From assembly GCA_963422645.2 (NCBI GenBank), contig CAXXVO010000007.1, positions 160,001 through 224,000 on the forward strand: a stretch of 64,000 nt of DNA, read 5' to 3'. Both the position numbers and the translations under genes were made by a program. Position 1 is the stretch's first letter; the number at the start of each line of letters is the position of its first letter. The notes under the pieces are model-generated. The model was not told the DNA's origin. It searched no databases and saw only the letters and a list, made by a program, of their open reading frames with translations. This DNA is from Alphaproteobacteria bacterium. Lineage in GTDB: Bacteria > Pseudomonadota > Alphaproteobacteria > UBA828. This document shows positions 19,664 through 30,485 of this stretch, one piece after another.

Positions 19664-22045
19664 ATGACAGAGATGCTGCCGATCTCGTCCCGAATCTGGG
19701 ACATGAAGTACCGCTTGAAGGAGGCGGACGGCACGCCCATCGACGGCGCCATCGAGGATAGCTGGCGGCGGGTGGCCCGCGCCTTGGCCTCGGCCGAGGC
19801 GGAACCCGAGCGCTGGGAGCCTGAATTCTATCGCGCGCTGGAGGGGTTCAAGTTCCTGCCCGCCGGCCGCATCCTCGCCGGCGCCGGGGCCGAGCGGCAG
19901 GTCACGCTCTTCAACTGCTTCGTGATGGGGCGGATCGCGGACGACATGACCGCGATTTTCGAGCACCTGAAGGAAGCGGCGCTCACCATGCAGCAGGGCG
20001 GTGGCATCGGCTTCGACTTCTCGACGCTTCGGCCCAAGGGGGCGCCGGTCAAGGGCGTCGGCGCCGATGCCTCGGGGCCGCTGCCCTTCATGGACTGCTG
20101 GGATGCGATGTGCCGCACCATCATGAGCGCGGGCTTTCGCCGCGGCGCCATGATGGGCTGCCTGCGCTGCGACCATCCCGACGTCGAGGCCTTCATCGAG
20201 GCGAAGCGCGACCCCGGCCGGTTGCGCATGTTCAACCTCTCGGTGCTGGTGAGCGATGCGTTCATGCAGGCGGTCAAGGACAACGCTCCGTGGGAGCTGC
20301 GCTTCGAGGGCGTCGTCTACAAGACCGTCTCGGCGCGCGCGCTCTGGGAGCGGATTATCCGCTCGACCTACGCCTACGCCGAGCCCGGCGTGATCTTCAT
20401 CGACCGCATCAACCGGGCCAACAACCTCGCCTATTGCGAGGAGATTTTCGCCACCAATCCCTGCGGCGAGCAGCCCCTGCCACCCTATGGCGCCTGCCTC
20501 CTGGGCTCGATCAACCTGGCGAGCCTGGTGCAGGATCCCTTCGAGCCGGGCGCAGCACTCGACATGGCGGCGCTCGAGGCGCTCACCGCCACCGCCGTCA
20601 GGATGCTCGACAACGCGATCGACTGCTCGCGCTTCCCCATCGCGGCACAGCAGGAGGAAGCGCAGGCGAAGCGGCGCATCGGGCTCGGCGTCACCGGGCT
20701 CGCCGACGCGCTCATCATGTGCCGGGCGCGCTACGGCAGCGACGCGGCGAACGCCCTGATCGAGCAGTGGATGAGCGGCCTGCAGCGGGCGGCATATCTG
20801 GCGTCCGCGCGGCTGGCGGAGGAGAAGGGTGCCTTCCCGCTCTACGTTTCCGCGCGCTATGCCGACAGCCCGACGATCCAGCGCCTCGACGACGACGTGC
20901 AGGCGGCAATCGCCGCCTCGGGGGTTCGCAATGCGCTGCTCACCTCGGTGGCACCGACGGGAACGATTTCGCTGCTGGCGGGGAATGTCTCCTCCGGCAT
21001 CGAGCCCGTGTTCAGCTATTCCTACACGCGCAACGTGCTGATGCCGGATGGCACGCGCCGGGCGGAGTCGGTGGACGACCACGCCTATCTGCTGTTTCGG
21101 CGCCTCAAAGGCGACGCCGCGCAACTGCCGGACTATTTCGTCGACGCCCAGTCGCTCTACCCGGCGGATCACCTCGCCGTCCAGGCGCGGGTCCAGACCT
21201 TCGTCGACAGCTCCATCTCCAAGACCATCAACTGCCCGGAGGAGATGAAATTCGACGACTTCAAGGATGTTTACATGCGGGCCTACGACCTCGGCTGCAA
21301 GGGCTGCACCACCTATCGACCCAACCCGGTGACCGGCGCGGTGCTGGAGAGCGCATCTGGAGCGGAGGAGGGAAGCGACGGCGCACCCTCGGCCGGCGTC
21401 GAGAGTGCCGCTTCGCCGGTCGCGCTGGTCCCCGCGCACCTGCCGGCCGCGCGGCAGAGCGAACTCCCGCTGGAGCCGCCGCCGGCACGGCCCGAGGATG
21501 CCTTCGAGGCCGGCGCGGTCATCCAGATGACCCGCCCGCTGGAGCGGCCGGAGGCCCTGCACGGCAGCACCTACAAGATCCGCTGGCCGGAGAGCGACCA
21601 CGCCATCTACATCACGATCAACGATATCGTGCGCGACGGGCGGCGGCAGCCCTTCGAGATCTTCATCAACTCCAAGAACACCGAGCACTATGCCTGGACA
21701 GTGGCGCTGACGCGGATGATCAGCGCCGTGTTCCGCCGGGGCGGCGACGTGTCCTTCATCGTGGAGGAGCTCAAGGCGGTCTTCGACCCGAGAGGCGGCC
21801 AATGGATGGGCGGCCACTATGTGCCCTCCATCCTCGCCGCAATCGGCGGCGTGATCGAGCAGCACCTGGTGAGCATCGGCGCGCTCGCGCCACCGGAGGC
21901 CGCGCATCTGGAACCACCCGCGGCGGGGGACAGCGACGCGCCGGCGCGGGCGGTGCGATTCTGCGGGCGCTGCGGGCAGCCGGGGCTCCTGCATCGGGAG
22001 GGGTGCGACCTCTGCCCGGCCTGCGGCTATTCCAAGTGCGCGTGA
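19664..22045 (+). CDS. nrdJ: Adenosylcobalamin-dependent class II ribonucleotide reductase
   Basis: TLFNCFV, ATNPCGEQPL, ACLLGSINL, VAPTGTIS, SISKTIN, GCKGCTTYR; C-terminal TSCPD-like domain and CxxC..CxxC Zn ribbon. Confidence 0.95.
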   Translation: MTEMLPISSRIWDMKYRLKEADGTPIDGAIEDSWRRVARALASAEAEPERWEPEFYRALEGFKFLPAGRILAGAGAERQVTLFNCFVMGRIADDMTAIFEHLKEAALTMQQGGGIGFDFSTLRPKGAPVKGVGADASGPLPFMDCWDAMCRTIMSAGFRRGAMMGCLRCDHPDVEAFIEAKRDPGRLRMFNLSVLVSDAFMQAVKDNAPWELRFEGVVYKTVSARALWERIIRSTYAYAEPGVIFIDRINRANNLAYCEEIFATNPCGEQPLPPYGACLLGSINLASLVQDPFEPGAALDMAALEALTATAVRMLDNAIDCSRFPIAAQQEEAQAKRRIGLGVTGLADALIMCRARYGSDAANALIEQWMSGLQRAAYLASARLAEEKGAFPLYVSARYADSPTIQRLDDDVQAAIAASGVRNALLTSVAPTGTISLLAGNVSSGIEPVFSYSYTRNVLMPDGTRRAESVDDHAYLLFRRLKGDAAQLPDYFVDAQSLYPADHLAVQARVQTFVDSSISKTINCPEEMKFDDFKDVYMRAYDLGCKGCTTYRPNPVTGAVLESASGAEEGSDGAPSAGVESAASPVALVPAHLPAARQSELPLEPPPARPEDAFEAGAVIQMTRPLERPEALHGSTYKIRWPESDHAIYITINDIVRDGRRQPFEIFINSKNTEHYAWTVALTRMISAVFRRGGDVSFIVEELKAVFDPRGGQWMGGHYVPSILAAIGGVIEQHLVSIGALAPPEAAHLEPPAAGDSDAPARAVRFCGRCGQPGLLHREGCDLCPACGYSKCA

Positions 22046-22123
22046 GAATTCAGGGCTAACGCTTGAACCCGTAGGGCGCTCTGATTACCGTGCCTCGGAC
22101 CGAGTCCGTCCATGGGAAGTTGA

Positions 22124-23167
22124 ATGAGGCGCGTCCTCTTGGTGGCGGCCGGCGTCGTCGTCACAATTGCGATCGCGGTAGCCGGGTACACCGGCTACTG
22201 GTTCATCGCTGCGGGCGAAATCGGGGACCGGATCGACGAGTGGACTGAGAAGCAGCGGGGGCAAGGTCTCGAGATCGAGACCGGGGGAACGTACGTATCC
22301 GGCTTTCCCCTCCGCTTCGAGGTCACCCTGCGCGCGCCGCGCATTCACGACACGCGGAACGGATGGCGCTGGGCCACCGATTCGCTGCGCGCCGAGGCCA
22401 GCGCCTGGGACTTCAGCGAGGTCACCGTCTTCCCCGACCGCCGCAATGCGGTTCAGGTTCTTCTCGAGGGTGGCGAATGGCGCGAAATCGATGCGCACAT
22501 CGGCGCGGGTCAGCTCACCGTCAGGCTGGACGACGACAGGCGCTTCAGGGAAGTCGCGCTCGACCTGCAGGGGATTGAGGTCGCGGGCGTGTGGCCTGAG
22601 CGGGTTGCCCGGGTCGGCAGTCTGCTGGCCAACGGGGTTGCCATCGACGACGACGGGAGCGGCGAGCAGGTCCTGAAGACCTCGATTGCCGTGCGCGAGG
22701 TCGTGCTCCCGAGCGACCTCGCCGAGGGACTCGGCGAGTCCCTCGACTTCCTCGACATCGACGCGAGCGTGGTGGGGTCGATCCCGAGCGAGCGCGGGAC
22801 CAACGAGGCGATCACCGCCTGGCGCGACGCGGGCGGCACACTGGAGCTGAACGACTTCAGAGTCCGCTGGGGGCCGCTCGGGATCGAATCGGCGGGCACC
22901 ATCGCGCTCGACGGCGCGATGCGCCCCATCGCCGCGCTGACGGCCGATATCATAGGCTACGGCGATGTCATCGACGCGCTGATCATGAGCAACATGATCC
23001 CGCTCGGCGATGCCTTCATCGCCAAGGTCGCCTTCAACATGCTGGCCGAGAAGCCCGAAGACGGCGGCCCCCCGGTGCTGCGTGGGGTGCCGGTGACGGC
23101 GCAGGACGGCACATTGACCGTCGCGACGATCAAGGTTGCCGAGCTGCCGCCGCTGCCTCTGGAGTAG
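22124..23167 (+). CDS. DUF2125-like membrane-anchored protein
   Basis: N-terminal TM, YTGYWFIAA, VSGFPLRF, AWRDAGGTLEL..WGPL. Confidence 0.7.
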   Translation: MRRVLLVAAGVVVTIAIAVAGYTGYWFIAAGEIGDRIDEWTEKQRGQGLEIETGGTYVSGFPLRFEVTLRAPRIHDTRNGWRWATDSLRAEASAWDFSEVTVFPDRRNAVQVLLEGGEWREIDAHIGAGQLTVRLDDDRRFREVALDLQGIEVAGVWPERVARVGSLLANGVAIDDDGSGEQVLKTSIAVREVVLPSDLAEGLGESLDFLDIDASVVGSIPSERGTNEAITAWRDAGGTLELNDFRVRWGPLGIESAGTIALDGAMRPIAALTADIIGYGDVIDALIMSNMIPLGDAFIAKVAFNMLAEKPEDGGPPVLRGVPVTAQDGTLTVATIKVAELPPLPLE

Positions 23168-23202
23168 GGGGGTGCTGGGGGCCCGGCGCGAGTCCCGTGG
23201 CT

Positions 23203-23958
23203 CTACGGCTTGGCCAGAACCCCGCCATCGACGATCAGCTCGGTCCCAGTGATGAACGATGCCGCGTCCGACAAGAGGAACAGCGTGGCATTCGCCATGT
23301 CTTGCGTCGTGCCGACTCGACCGAGCGGCACCGCCGCCTCTGTCGCATCCTTGAGCTCGGGCCTCTCGACCCAACGCTGCTGCATCGGCGTCATCGTGGG
23401 GCCCGGCAATATCGTGTTGGAGCGGATGCCGTCGCCCGCGAACTGAATCGCGATGGATTTCGACATCGCGATGAGCCCCGCCTTGGAGGCCTGGTAGGCG
23501 TCCTGGGGCGCATCGTCGCCGCGCACGCACTGGATGGTCGAGACGTGCACCATCGCGCCGCCGCCGGTCCGCTTCATCAGCGGTATCGCGTGGCGGGCGG
23601 TGAGCGCCGCGCCCTTGAGGTTGATCGCGAGCACGTCGTCCCACACGTCGAGGTCGATATCCACCAGCGAGCGATCGCGGCCGAGCAGCAGGACGCCGGC
23701 GGCATTCACCAGGTAGTCGAGTCGGCCGGCCGCCTCGCAGCAGTCGGCCATGGCTTGGGCCACGTCGGTTGCAGAGCGCAGGTCGGCCTGCACGTAGCGG
23801 GCGCCGGTTGGCAGGTCATCGGGTGCGGGCTTCACGTCGAAGAGCGTCGCCTGCGCGCCGGCGCCGATCAGATTGCGCGCGATCTGCAGCCCCATGCCGC
23901 CGCCGGCGCCGGTCACGAAGGCATTGCGGTCGCTGAAGTCGGCCTGCATCTGGGTCAT
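23203..23958 (-). CDS. SDR family oxidoreductase
   Basis: TGAGGGMG, NAAG, YQASK, GIRSNTILPG, VDGG. Confidence 0.92.
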   Translation of the reverse strand: MTQMQADFSDRNAFVTGAGGGMGLQIARNLIGAGAQATLFDVKPAPDDLPTGARYVQADLRSATDVAQAMADCCEAAGRLDYLVNAAGVLLLGRDRSLVDIDLDVWDDVLAINLKGAALTARHAIPLMKRTGGGAMVHVSTIQCVRGDDAPQDAYQASKAGLIAMSKSIAIQFAGDGIRSNTILPGPTMTPMQQRWVERPELKDATEAAVPLGRVGTTQDMANATLFLLSDAASFITGTELIVDGGVLAKP

Positions 23959-24070
23959 CGGTCCCTCCCTGAGTCAGGTGACGCTTTAGCCGTAGTTTCG
24001 GCCGGCCCGCAAGCTGTCACGCGCTTTGGCTCTGTGGCACGTATAGTGGAACAAGATCCGGCACCCGGCG

Positions 24071-25171
24071 ATGGCGGGGCATGAAGGGAGCAGCGGCGAA
24101 CACGTGGGCAGGCTCGACCGCAGGCTGAGCGTCGCGCCGATGATGGCGCGCACCGATCGCCACTGCCGCTATCTGCTGCGGCTTATCAGCGCGCGCACGC
24201 TCCTCTACAGCGAGATGATCCATGCCAACGCGGTGCTGCGCGGCGATGCCACCCGGCTGCTCGCCTTCGACGACGCGGAGCACCCCGTGGGGCTCCAACT
24301 TGGCGGCGCAGAGCCGGACGCGCTCGCCCGCGCGGCGGAAATCGGCCAGGCCTTCGGCTACGACGAGATCAACCTCAATATCGGCTGCCCGAGCCCCCGC
24401 GTCCGCAAGGGCCGCTTCGGCGCCGCTCTGATGGAGACGCCCGATCTGGTGGCCGACTGCGCGCGCGCCATGATCCGTGCGGTCGATGTTCCGGTCACGG
24501 TGAAGTGCCGCATCGGGGTCGCGCGGGACGCGCGCGGAGCGCACGACGGGCGAGGCAGCTATCAGGACCTCAAGGTCTTCGTCGAGACCGTCGCCGCCGC
24601 CGGCGTGACGAGCTTCGCCGTGCACGCGCGGATTGCCGTGCTCGACGGCCTGAGTCCGGCCGAGAACCGCGAGATCCCGCCGCTCCGTTACGACGCGGTC
24701 TACCGCCTCAAGCAGGACCTGCCGGCGCTGGAGGTGGTCATCAACGGCGGTGTCGCCAGCCTCGACGAGGCGGACGCGCACCTCGAACTGGTCGACGGCG
24801 CCATGATCGGGCGCGCGGCCTACGCCGACCCCTTCATGCTTCGCGCCGCTGACCAGCCCATCTTCGGCGCACCGGTGCGTACCCTGCCGAGCCGGCACGA
24901 CATCGCCCGCGCCATGCTGCCTTATGTGCGCCGGATGCGCGCCGACCGCGTGTCGCTCCACCACATCACTAGGCACATGCTGGGACTCTTCGCAGGTCAG
25001 CCCGGCGGGCGCGCCTGGCGCCGCGCGCTCGGCGGGGGCAGCCAGCGCCCCGGTGCCGGCGCTGAGGTCATCGAAGAGGCGCTGACGCTGGTGCCGGAGC
25101 TTGCCGCGCCAAAGGATGCCAAGCGTCCCGGTGCCGTCCAGACCATGACCCTGGCGAGAGTTCCGGGTTAG
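24071..25171 (+). CDS. dusA: tRNA-dihydrouridine(20/20a) synthase
   Basis: SVAPMM, QLGG, EINLNIGCPSPRV, VKCRIG, HAR..L.GLSPAENREIPPL. Confidence 0.93.
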   Translation: MAGHEGSSGEHVGRLDRRLSVAPMMARTDRHCRYLLRLISARTLLYSEMIHANAVLRGDATRLLAFDDAEHPVGLQLGGAEPDALARAAEIGQAFGYDEINLNIGCPSPRVRKGRFGAALMETPDLVADCARAMIRAVDVPVTVKCRIGVARDARGAHDGRGSYQDLKVFVETVAAAGVTSFAVHARIAVLDGLSPAENREIPPLRYDAVYRLKQDLPALEVVINGGVASLDEADAHLELVDGAMIGRAAYADPFMLRAADQPIFGAPVRTLPSRHDIARAMLPYVRRMRADRVSLHHITRHMLGLFAGQPGGRAWRRALGGGSQRPGAGAEVIEEALTLVPELAAPKDAKRPGAVQTMTLARVPG

Positions 25172-25228
25172 GATGCCGCGCCTGCGACCGTCACGGTCGC
25201 GGATCGCAAGTTTTTGGGACAGGGGGCG

Positions 25229-27328
25229 ATGGCAAGAATTGGCGTCGATGTCGGGGGGACGTTCACCGATCTCATCCTGGAGTCGGAGGGTGGCGCGAGC
25301 GAGGGCGGCCGGGTCTTCGTACACAAGGTGCCGAGCACGCCGGAGGACCAGTCGCGCGGAGTCATCCAGGGCGTCCTCGAGATTTGCGCCGAGGCGGGCG
25401 TCCAACCGGGCGATATCGAGCAGATCGTCCACGGCACGACGATCGCGACGAATACGGTGATCGAGTATTCCGGCGCCGAGGTCGGAATGCTCACCACGCG
25501 GGGCTTCCGCGACATCCTGCACATGGCGCGGCACAAGCGGCCCCACAACTTCTCGATGCAGTTCGATGTGCCCTGGCAGTCGCGCCCGCTGGTCAAGCGG
25601 CGCAACCGTATCCCCATTACCGAGCGCATCCTGCCGCCGGACGGCCGCAGCGAAGTCGCGCTCGATGAAGACGAGGTGCGCGCCGCCGCCGAGCTTTTGA
25701 AATCGCGCGAGGTGAGCTCGGTCATCGTCTGTTTCCTGTTCGCCTTCCTTAACGACGAGCATGAGCTGCGCGCCAAGGAGATCGTGAAGGAGGTGATGCC
25801 GGACGCCTACGTCGGCTGCTCGTCCGAGGTGGTCGATGTGATCCGGGAATACGAGCGCTTCTCGACGGCGGCGATGAACGCCTTTATCGGCCCGCGCACG
25901 TCCTACTACCTGAACAATCTCGCGAGGGCGCTGCAGGAGAACGGCGTCGATGCCCAGATTCGCGTGATGCAGTCCAACGGCGGCGTGACCACGCTTGCCG
26001 GCGCCGCCGAGCGCCCGGTGACGATTCTCATGTCGGGGCCCGCTGGCGGCGTCATCGGCGGCCAGTGGGCGGGCGACATGTCGGGCGTGCGCAACCTGAT
26101 CACCGTCGATATCGGCGGGACCTCCGCCGACATCAGCGTGGTGCCAGACGGCGAGGTCCGCATCATGAACCCGCGGGACACGCAGGTCGGCGGCTACCCG
26201 ATCCTGGCCCCGATGATCGATCTCGCGACCATCGGTGCCGGCGGCGGCTCGATCGCCTACGTCGACGATGGCGGGGCCTTCCGCGTAGGCCCCCGCTCCG
26301 CCGGGGCGGAACCGGGACCCGCCTGCTATGGCCGTGGCGGCACCGAGGCCACCGTGACCGACGCACAGGTGGTGCTCGGCCGGCTGGACCCCGAGCAGTT
26401 CCTGGGCGGCGGGCTGGAGATCGACCCGGCGCGCTCGCGCAAGGCGCTGGAGGACAACCTCTGCGGCCGGCTCGACATGACGCTCGAAGAGGCGGCGCTC
26501 GGCGTGATCCGAGTCATCAACTCCAACATGTCGCTCGCGATCCGCGCGAATTCCGTCGCTAAGGGCGTCGATCCGCGTGACTTCGCGCTCGTTGCCTTCG
26601 GCGGTGCCGGACCCTTGCACGGCGTGGCGCTCGCCCGCTCGGTCTTTGCGCGCGAAGTGATCGTGCCGCCGGCGCCGGGGATCAATGCCGCGACCGGGCT
26701 GCTCGCCACCGACATGCGCTACGAGTTCACCCGCTCAGTGCTCTGCGTGCTCACCAAGGCGAGCCAGGACGAGATCGACACCCTCAACGAGCAGACCGAC
26801 GCCCTGATGCGGCGCGCGCAAGAGGCGCTGGCGGCGGACGGCGTCGCGCCTGAGCACCAGCGGGTCGTCAAGATCGCGGAGTGCCGCTACCAGGGGCAGG
26901 GCTTCGAGCTTCGCGGCACCATGCCGGACGGCCCTCTCACCCTCGACAACCGGACGGAGCTGCTGGCGAGCTTCCACGAGCGCCACCGACAGGACTACGG
27001 CCATGCTTTCGAGGACCAGGATGTCGAGGTCATTACGCTCCGGGTCGTTGCCTCCGCCGGCATCGGCGCATTGAGCTGGCCCGAAACGCCCCAAGGCGGC
27101 GGCCGCAATCCCGAGGACGCGTTGCTCTACCGCCGCGCCACCACCTTCGACGACGGCCGCACTTGCGAGACTCCGCGCTTCGACCGGGGCAAGCTCAAGG
27201 CCGGCCAGCATATCGACGGGCCGTCCATCGTCATCCAGACCGATTCGACCACGCTGGTGTCGCCCGGCTACGAGGCGCTGGTCGCGCCTTCGGGCAATCT
27301 TCACGTCAGGGAGGTCGCCGAGTCATGA
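25229..27328 (+). CDS. Hydantoinase/5-oxoprolinase subunit A (N-methylhydantoinase A-like)
   Basis: [53 protein letters not shown]. Confidence 0.92.
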   Translation: MARIGVDVGGTFTDLILESEGGASEGGRVFVHKVPSTPEDQSRGVIQGVLEICAEAGVQPGDIEQIVHGTTIATNTVIEYSGAEVGMLTTRGFRDILHMARHKRPHNFSMQFDVPWQSRPLVKRRNRIPITERILPPDGRSEVALDEDEVRAAAELLKSREVSSVIVCFLFAFLNDEHELRAKEIVKEVMPDAYVGCSSEVVDVIREYERFSTAAMNAFIGPRTSYYLNNLARALQENGVDAQIRVMQSNGGVTTLAGAAERPVTILMSGPAGGVIGGQWAGDMSGVRNLITVDIGGTSADISVVPDGEVRIMNPRDTQVGGYPILAPMIDLATIGAGGGSIAYVDDGGAFRVGPRSAGAEPGPACYGRGGTEATVTDAQVVLGRLDPEQFLGGGLEIDPARSRKALEDNLCGRLDMTLEEAALGVIRVINSNMSLAIRANSVAKGVDPRDFALVAFGGAGPLHGVALARSVFAREVIVPPAPGINAATGLLATDMRYEFTRSVLCVLTKASQDEIDTLNEQTDALMRRAQEALAADGVAPEHQRVVKIAECRYQGQGFELRGTMPDGPLTLDNRTELLASFHERHRQDYGHAFEDQDVEVITLRVVASAGIGALSWPETPQGGGRNPEDALLYRRATTFDDGRTCETPRFDRGKLKAGQHIDGPSIVIQTDSTTLVSPGYEALVAPSGNLHVREVAES

Positions 27329-29097
27329 CCGCCAACAAGACCGAGATCGACCCGATCACCCTCCAGGTGATCGGCGGTGCGCTGCACACGATCGCCAAGG
27401 AGATGGGGCACGTGCTCTACCGCATGTCCTACTCGTCGATCATCCGGGAATCGGAGGACTTGGGCGCCGGACTCTTCGATCGAAACTTCAACACGCTCTG
27501 CGAATCGGATTCGACGCCGATGCACATCGGATCGATCCCGGCTTACCTGAGGGGGATCGACGAAACTCTGCATGACCCCTGGCAGCCCGGCGACATCGTG
27601 ATCCACAACCACCCCTATTACGGCGCGAGCCACTCGCCGGACATCGCCGCAGTCGCGCCGGTCTTCTACCAGGGCGAGCTGGTCGGCTTCTCCGCCAACA
27701 CGGCGCACCACGTGGATATCGGCGCGGCGACGCCCGGCCTCATCATCGACGTGCCGGACGTCTTCGCCGAGGGCATGCTGTTCAAAGGCGTGAAGCTCTA
27801 CGAGGGGGGCAAGCTAAACCGAGCGTTCTGGCAGTTCATCGAGACCAACACGCGGGTGCCAAGCCAGGTGATGGGCGATATCGAGGCCCAGGTCGCCTCC
27901 GCAGAGCTCGGCGTGAAGCGATTCATCGAATTGCTCGATCAGTACGGCAAGGACGTGGTGTTCGCCGCGACCGAGCAGCTCATGGACTATTCCGAGCACA
28001 TGCTACGCCGCCAGATCGCGGCGATCCCCGACGGAGAGTACAGGGCCGAGGGCTTCCTGGACGACGACGGGCGCAACCGGAAGCAGCCGCTCCCGGTCAA
28101 GGTCGCGGTGCGTATCGAGGGAGATTCCGTCGAGGTCGACCTCACCGGTTCGTCGCCGCAGGTGCCGACTGCGTTCAACGTGCCCTTCGAGGGCTCGACC
28201 AAGGTCGCCTGCTACTTCGCCTTCCGCGCGCTGCTTCTGGATAGCGCGACGATCAGCGAGCACGTGCCGCAGAATGAAGGCTCGTTCCGGCCCATCAAGG
28301 TCACCGCGCCCAAGGGCACGATCTTCAATCCCGAGTACCCGGCTGCGGCGGAGGCGCGCTTCAACCAGATCCAGCGCGTGGTCGACTGCATCGCCAAGGC
28401 GCTCTCGCCGGTGATACCCGACAAGGTGACTGCGGGCTCCTCGGCCGACGTCTCGGCCATCGCCTATTCAGGGGTCAAGCCCGACGGCCAATACTGGGTT
28501 TTCATCGAGGTCAACGAGGGCGCCTGCGGCGGCAGGCCTCTTTCCGACGGGCCCGACACGATCGAGGAGCTGATGCGCAACACGCGCAACAATCCGATCG
28601 AGGACCTCGGCATGCACCTGCCGCTGCTCTGCGATCGCTACGAGTTGCGTGACGACGTGATGCCGGGCGCTGGCCGCCATCGCGGCGGCATCGGCGTGAT
28701 CAAGGTGCAGCGCTATCTCACGCCGGGCTTCCTCACCCACGAGGCGGACCGGCACGACGACCCGCCCTGGGGCTTCCGCGGGGGCACCGCCGGCAAGGGC
28801 GGGCGCCTCATCAAGTACAACATCGCGGAACCTGACCGGATCGATGACCTGCCGGCAAAGATCCACGGGCTGCGCAACCAGACCGGGGATTGCATCGGCT
28901 TTCTCGGCCCCTGCGGGGGCGGCTACGGGGATCCGCTGGATCGGCCGGCCGAGCAGGTGCGCGAGGACGTACTTGACGATTTCTGCACCCGCGAGCACGC
29001 CTATCAGGCTTACGGTGTCGTGCTCACCGAAGCGCTGGAAGTCGATCCGGCTGCCACCGAGGCGCGACGTGCCGAGATGGCAAAGCAGGTCGCGTAG
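27325..29097 (+). CDS. Hydantoinase B/oxoprolinase subunit B
   Basis: DPITLQVI, SSIIRESED, HNHPYYGASHSPD, HHVDIG, GAGRHRGG, GGGYGDP. ATGA overlap with subunit A. Confidence 0.92.
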   Translation: MTANKTEIDPITLQVIGGALHTIAKEMGHVLYRMSYSSIIRESEDLGAGLFDRNFNTLCESDSTPMHIGSIPAYLRGIDETLHDPWQPGDIVIHNHPYYGASHSPDIAAVAPVFYQGELVGFSANTAHHVDIGAATPGLIIDVPDVFAEGMLFKGVKLYEGGKLNRAFWQFIETNTRVPSQVMGDIEAQVASAELGVKRFIELLDQYGKDVVFAATEQLMDYSEHMLRRQIAAIPDGEYRAEGFLDDDGRNRKQPLPVKVAVRIEGDSVEVDLTGSSPQVPTAFNVPFEGSTKVACYFAFRALLLDSATISEHVPQNEGSFRPIKVTAPKGTIFNPEYPAAAEARFNQIQRVVDCIAKALSPVIPDKVTAGSSADVSAIAYSGVKPDGQYWVFIEVNEGACGGRPLSDGPDTIEELMRNTRNNPIEDLGMHLPLLCDRYELRDDVMPGAGRHRGGIGVIKVQRYLTPGFLTHEADRHDDPPWGFRGGTAGKGGRLIKYNIAEPDRIDDLPAKIHGLRNQTGDCIGFLGPCGGGYGDPLDRPAEQVREDVLDDFCTREHAYQAYGVVLTEALEVDPAATEARRAEMAKQVA

Positions 29098-29109
29098 ATA
29101 GGGGGGCTT

Positions 29110-29895
29110 CTAGAGGCGGAAACGGTCGCCGAGGTAGACGCGGCGAACCTCGTCGTGGGAGACGATGTCCGACGGCGCGCCCTCCATCAGCACGGCGCCC
29201 TCGTTGATGATGTAGGCGCGGTCCACGATGTCGAGCGCTTCCCGCACGTTGTGGTCCGTCAGCAGCACGCCGATGCCGCGATCCTTGAGGTGGGCGACGA
29301 GATCGCGGATCTCAGCCACCGCGATCGGGTCGATCCCCGATAGCGGCTCATCGAGCAGAATGAAGCGGGGCTTCGAGGCGAGGGAGCGGGCGATCTCGAC
29401 CCTCCGCCTTTCGCCGCCCGAGAGCGCGAGCGAGGGCGTGCGCCGCAGATGGGTGATCGAGAACTCGGCGAGCAGCTCGTCCAGCACGAGTTCGCGCTCG
29501 TCCCGCGCCGGCACGGAGACTTCCAGCACGGCGCGAATGTTGTTCTCCACCGTGAGCCCGCGAAAGATCGAGGCCTCCTGCGGCAGGTAGCCGAGGCCGA
29601 GGCGGGCGCGGCGGTACATGGGCAGCCCCGTGATGTCGTGGCCATCGAGGAAGACCCGGCCATAGTCCGCCGCCATCAAGCCGGTCATCAGATAGAAGCA
29701 GGTGGTCTTGCCCGCGCCGTTAGGCCCGAGCAGGCCGACCGCCTCGCCCCGCCGGACCGTCAGGTTGAGGCCCCGCAGCACCGGCCGCTTCTTGAAGCTC
29801 TTGCCCAGGTTCTCCGCGCGCAGGCCCGGGTTGCCGGCGAGGACGACGGGAGTCGTGGGGCTTCCCTCGACGCCGGCGCTCACGGGCCGTGTCAT
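29110..29895 (-). CDS. lptB: LPS export ABC ATPase
   Basis: GPNGAGKTT, YLPQEASIFRGLTV, LSGGERRR, TDHNVRE, VYLG. Confidence 0.95.
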   Translation of the reverse strand: MTRPVSAGVEGSPTTPVVLAGNPGLRAENLGKSFKKRPVLRGLNLTVRRGEAVGLLGPNGAGKTTCFYLMTGLMAADYGRVFLDGHDITGLPMYRRARLGLGYLPQEASIFRGLTVENNIRAVLEVSVPARDERELVLDELLAEFSITHLRRTPSLALSGGERRRVEIARSLASKPRFILLDEPLSGIDPIAVAEIRDLVAHLKDRGIGVLLTDHNVREALDIVDRAYIINEGAVLMEGAPSDIVSHDEVRRVYLGDRFRL

Positions 29896-29924
29896 GCGGC
29901 AATCACCCTGCTGTCCTGCACGCT

Positions 29925-30485
29925 CTACTCGTCCTCTTCATCAGGCACGAACAGGCCTTGCACGCGCGTGCTGCCGCCGGAAACCCGGCTGACCCCGGAC
30001 TCCAGGTCCATCGTCAGCGTTTCGCCCTGGATGATGTTGTTGCCTTGACTCAGGATCACGCCGCCGGCCAGGTCGATGCGAGCGCCTTCGACGTCGTAGG
30101 TACCGCGCTGCCCCTGCGCCGTCTCATCCGGCGAGGAGATGACGACATTGCCCTCGGCGTCAATGCGCGAGACGCCCAGGTTGCCTTGGGCGTCCTCACC
30201 CTCTTGGTAGTAGACGGTGAGCATGTCCGCGTTCAGCACCAGCTCGCCCTGAACCGCGTTAACGCTCCCTTCGAAGACTGCGACGTTCTCCGACTGGCGC
30301 ACTTCGAGCGTGTCTGCGGTGATCTCGATCGCCTGGCTCGCGTTGCCGGCCGTGACGCCTTCGTCGTCCGCATCCTGTGCGGTGCCGGCTCCAGCCAGCG
30401 TGAGCGCTGCCACGAGCGCGGGCGCGATCAGACCCAGCCGCCGAAAGCGCCGCGCCTGTTCGGGTCGGCTAGCCTTGGTTCTCAT
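29925..30485 (-). CDS. lptA: LPS transport periplasmic protein LptA/OstA
   Basis: Signal peptide, IEITADTLEV, F.G.V.A.QG, I.A.GNV; lies between lptC and lptB. Confidence 0.85.
   Translation of the reverse strand: MRTKASRPEQARRFRRLGLIAPALVAALTLAGAGTAQDADDEGVTAGNASQAIEITADTLEVRQSENVAVFEGSVNAVQGELVLNADMLTVYYQEGEDAQGNLGVSRIDAEGNVVISSPDETAQGQRGTYDVEGARIDLAGGVILSQGNNIIQGETLTMDLESGVSRVSGGSTRVQGLFVPDEEDE

Noticed and set aside
19664-22045. Intein or intron in nrdJ
   Set aside because: Length and motif spacing are normal; the Pro/Ala-rich stretch is a linker before the C-terminal domain.
24071-25171. dusA as an island integration site
   Set aside because: No adjacent integrase or duplicated dusA segment seen.
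29098-29110. Absence of rpoN after lptB
   Set aside because: Only a synteny break; cannot be judged without the rest of the genome.
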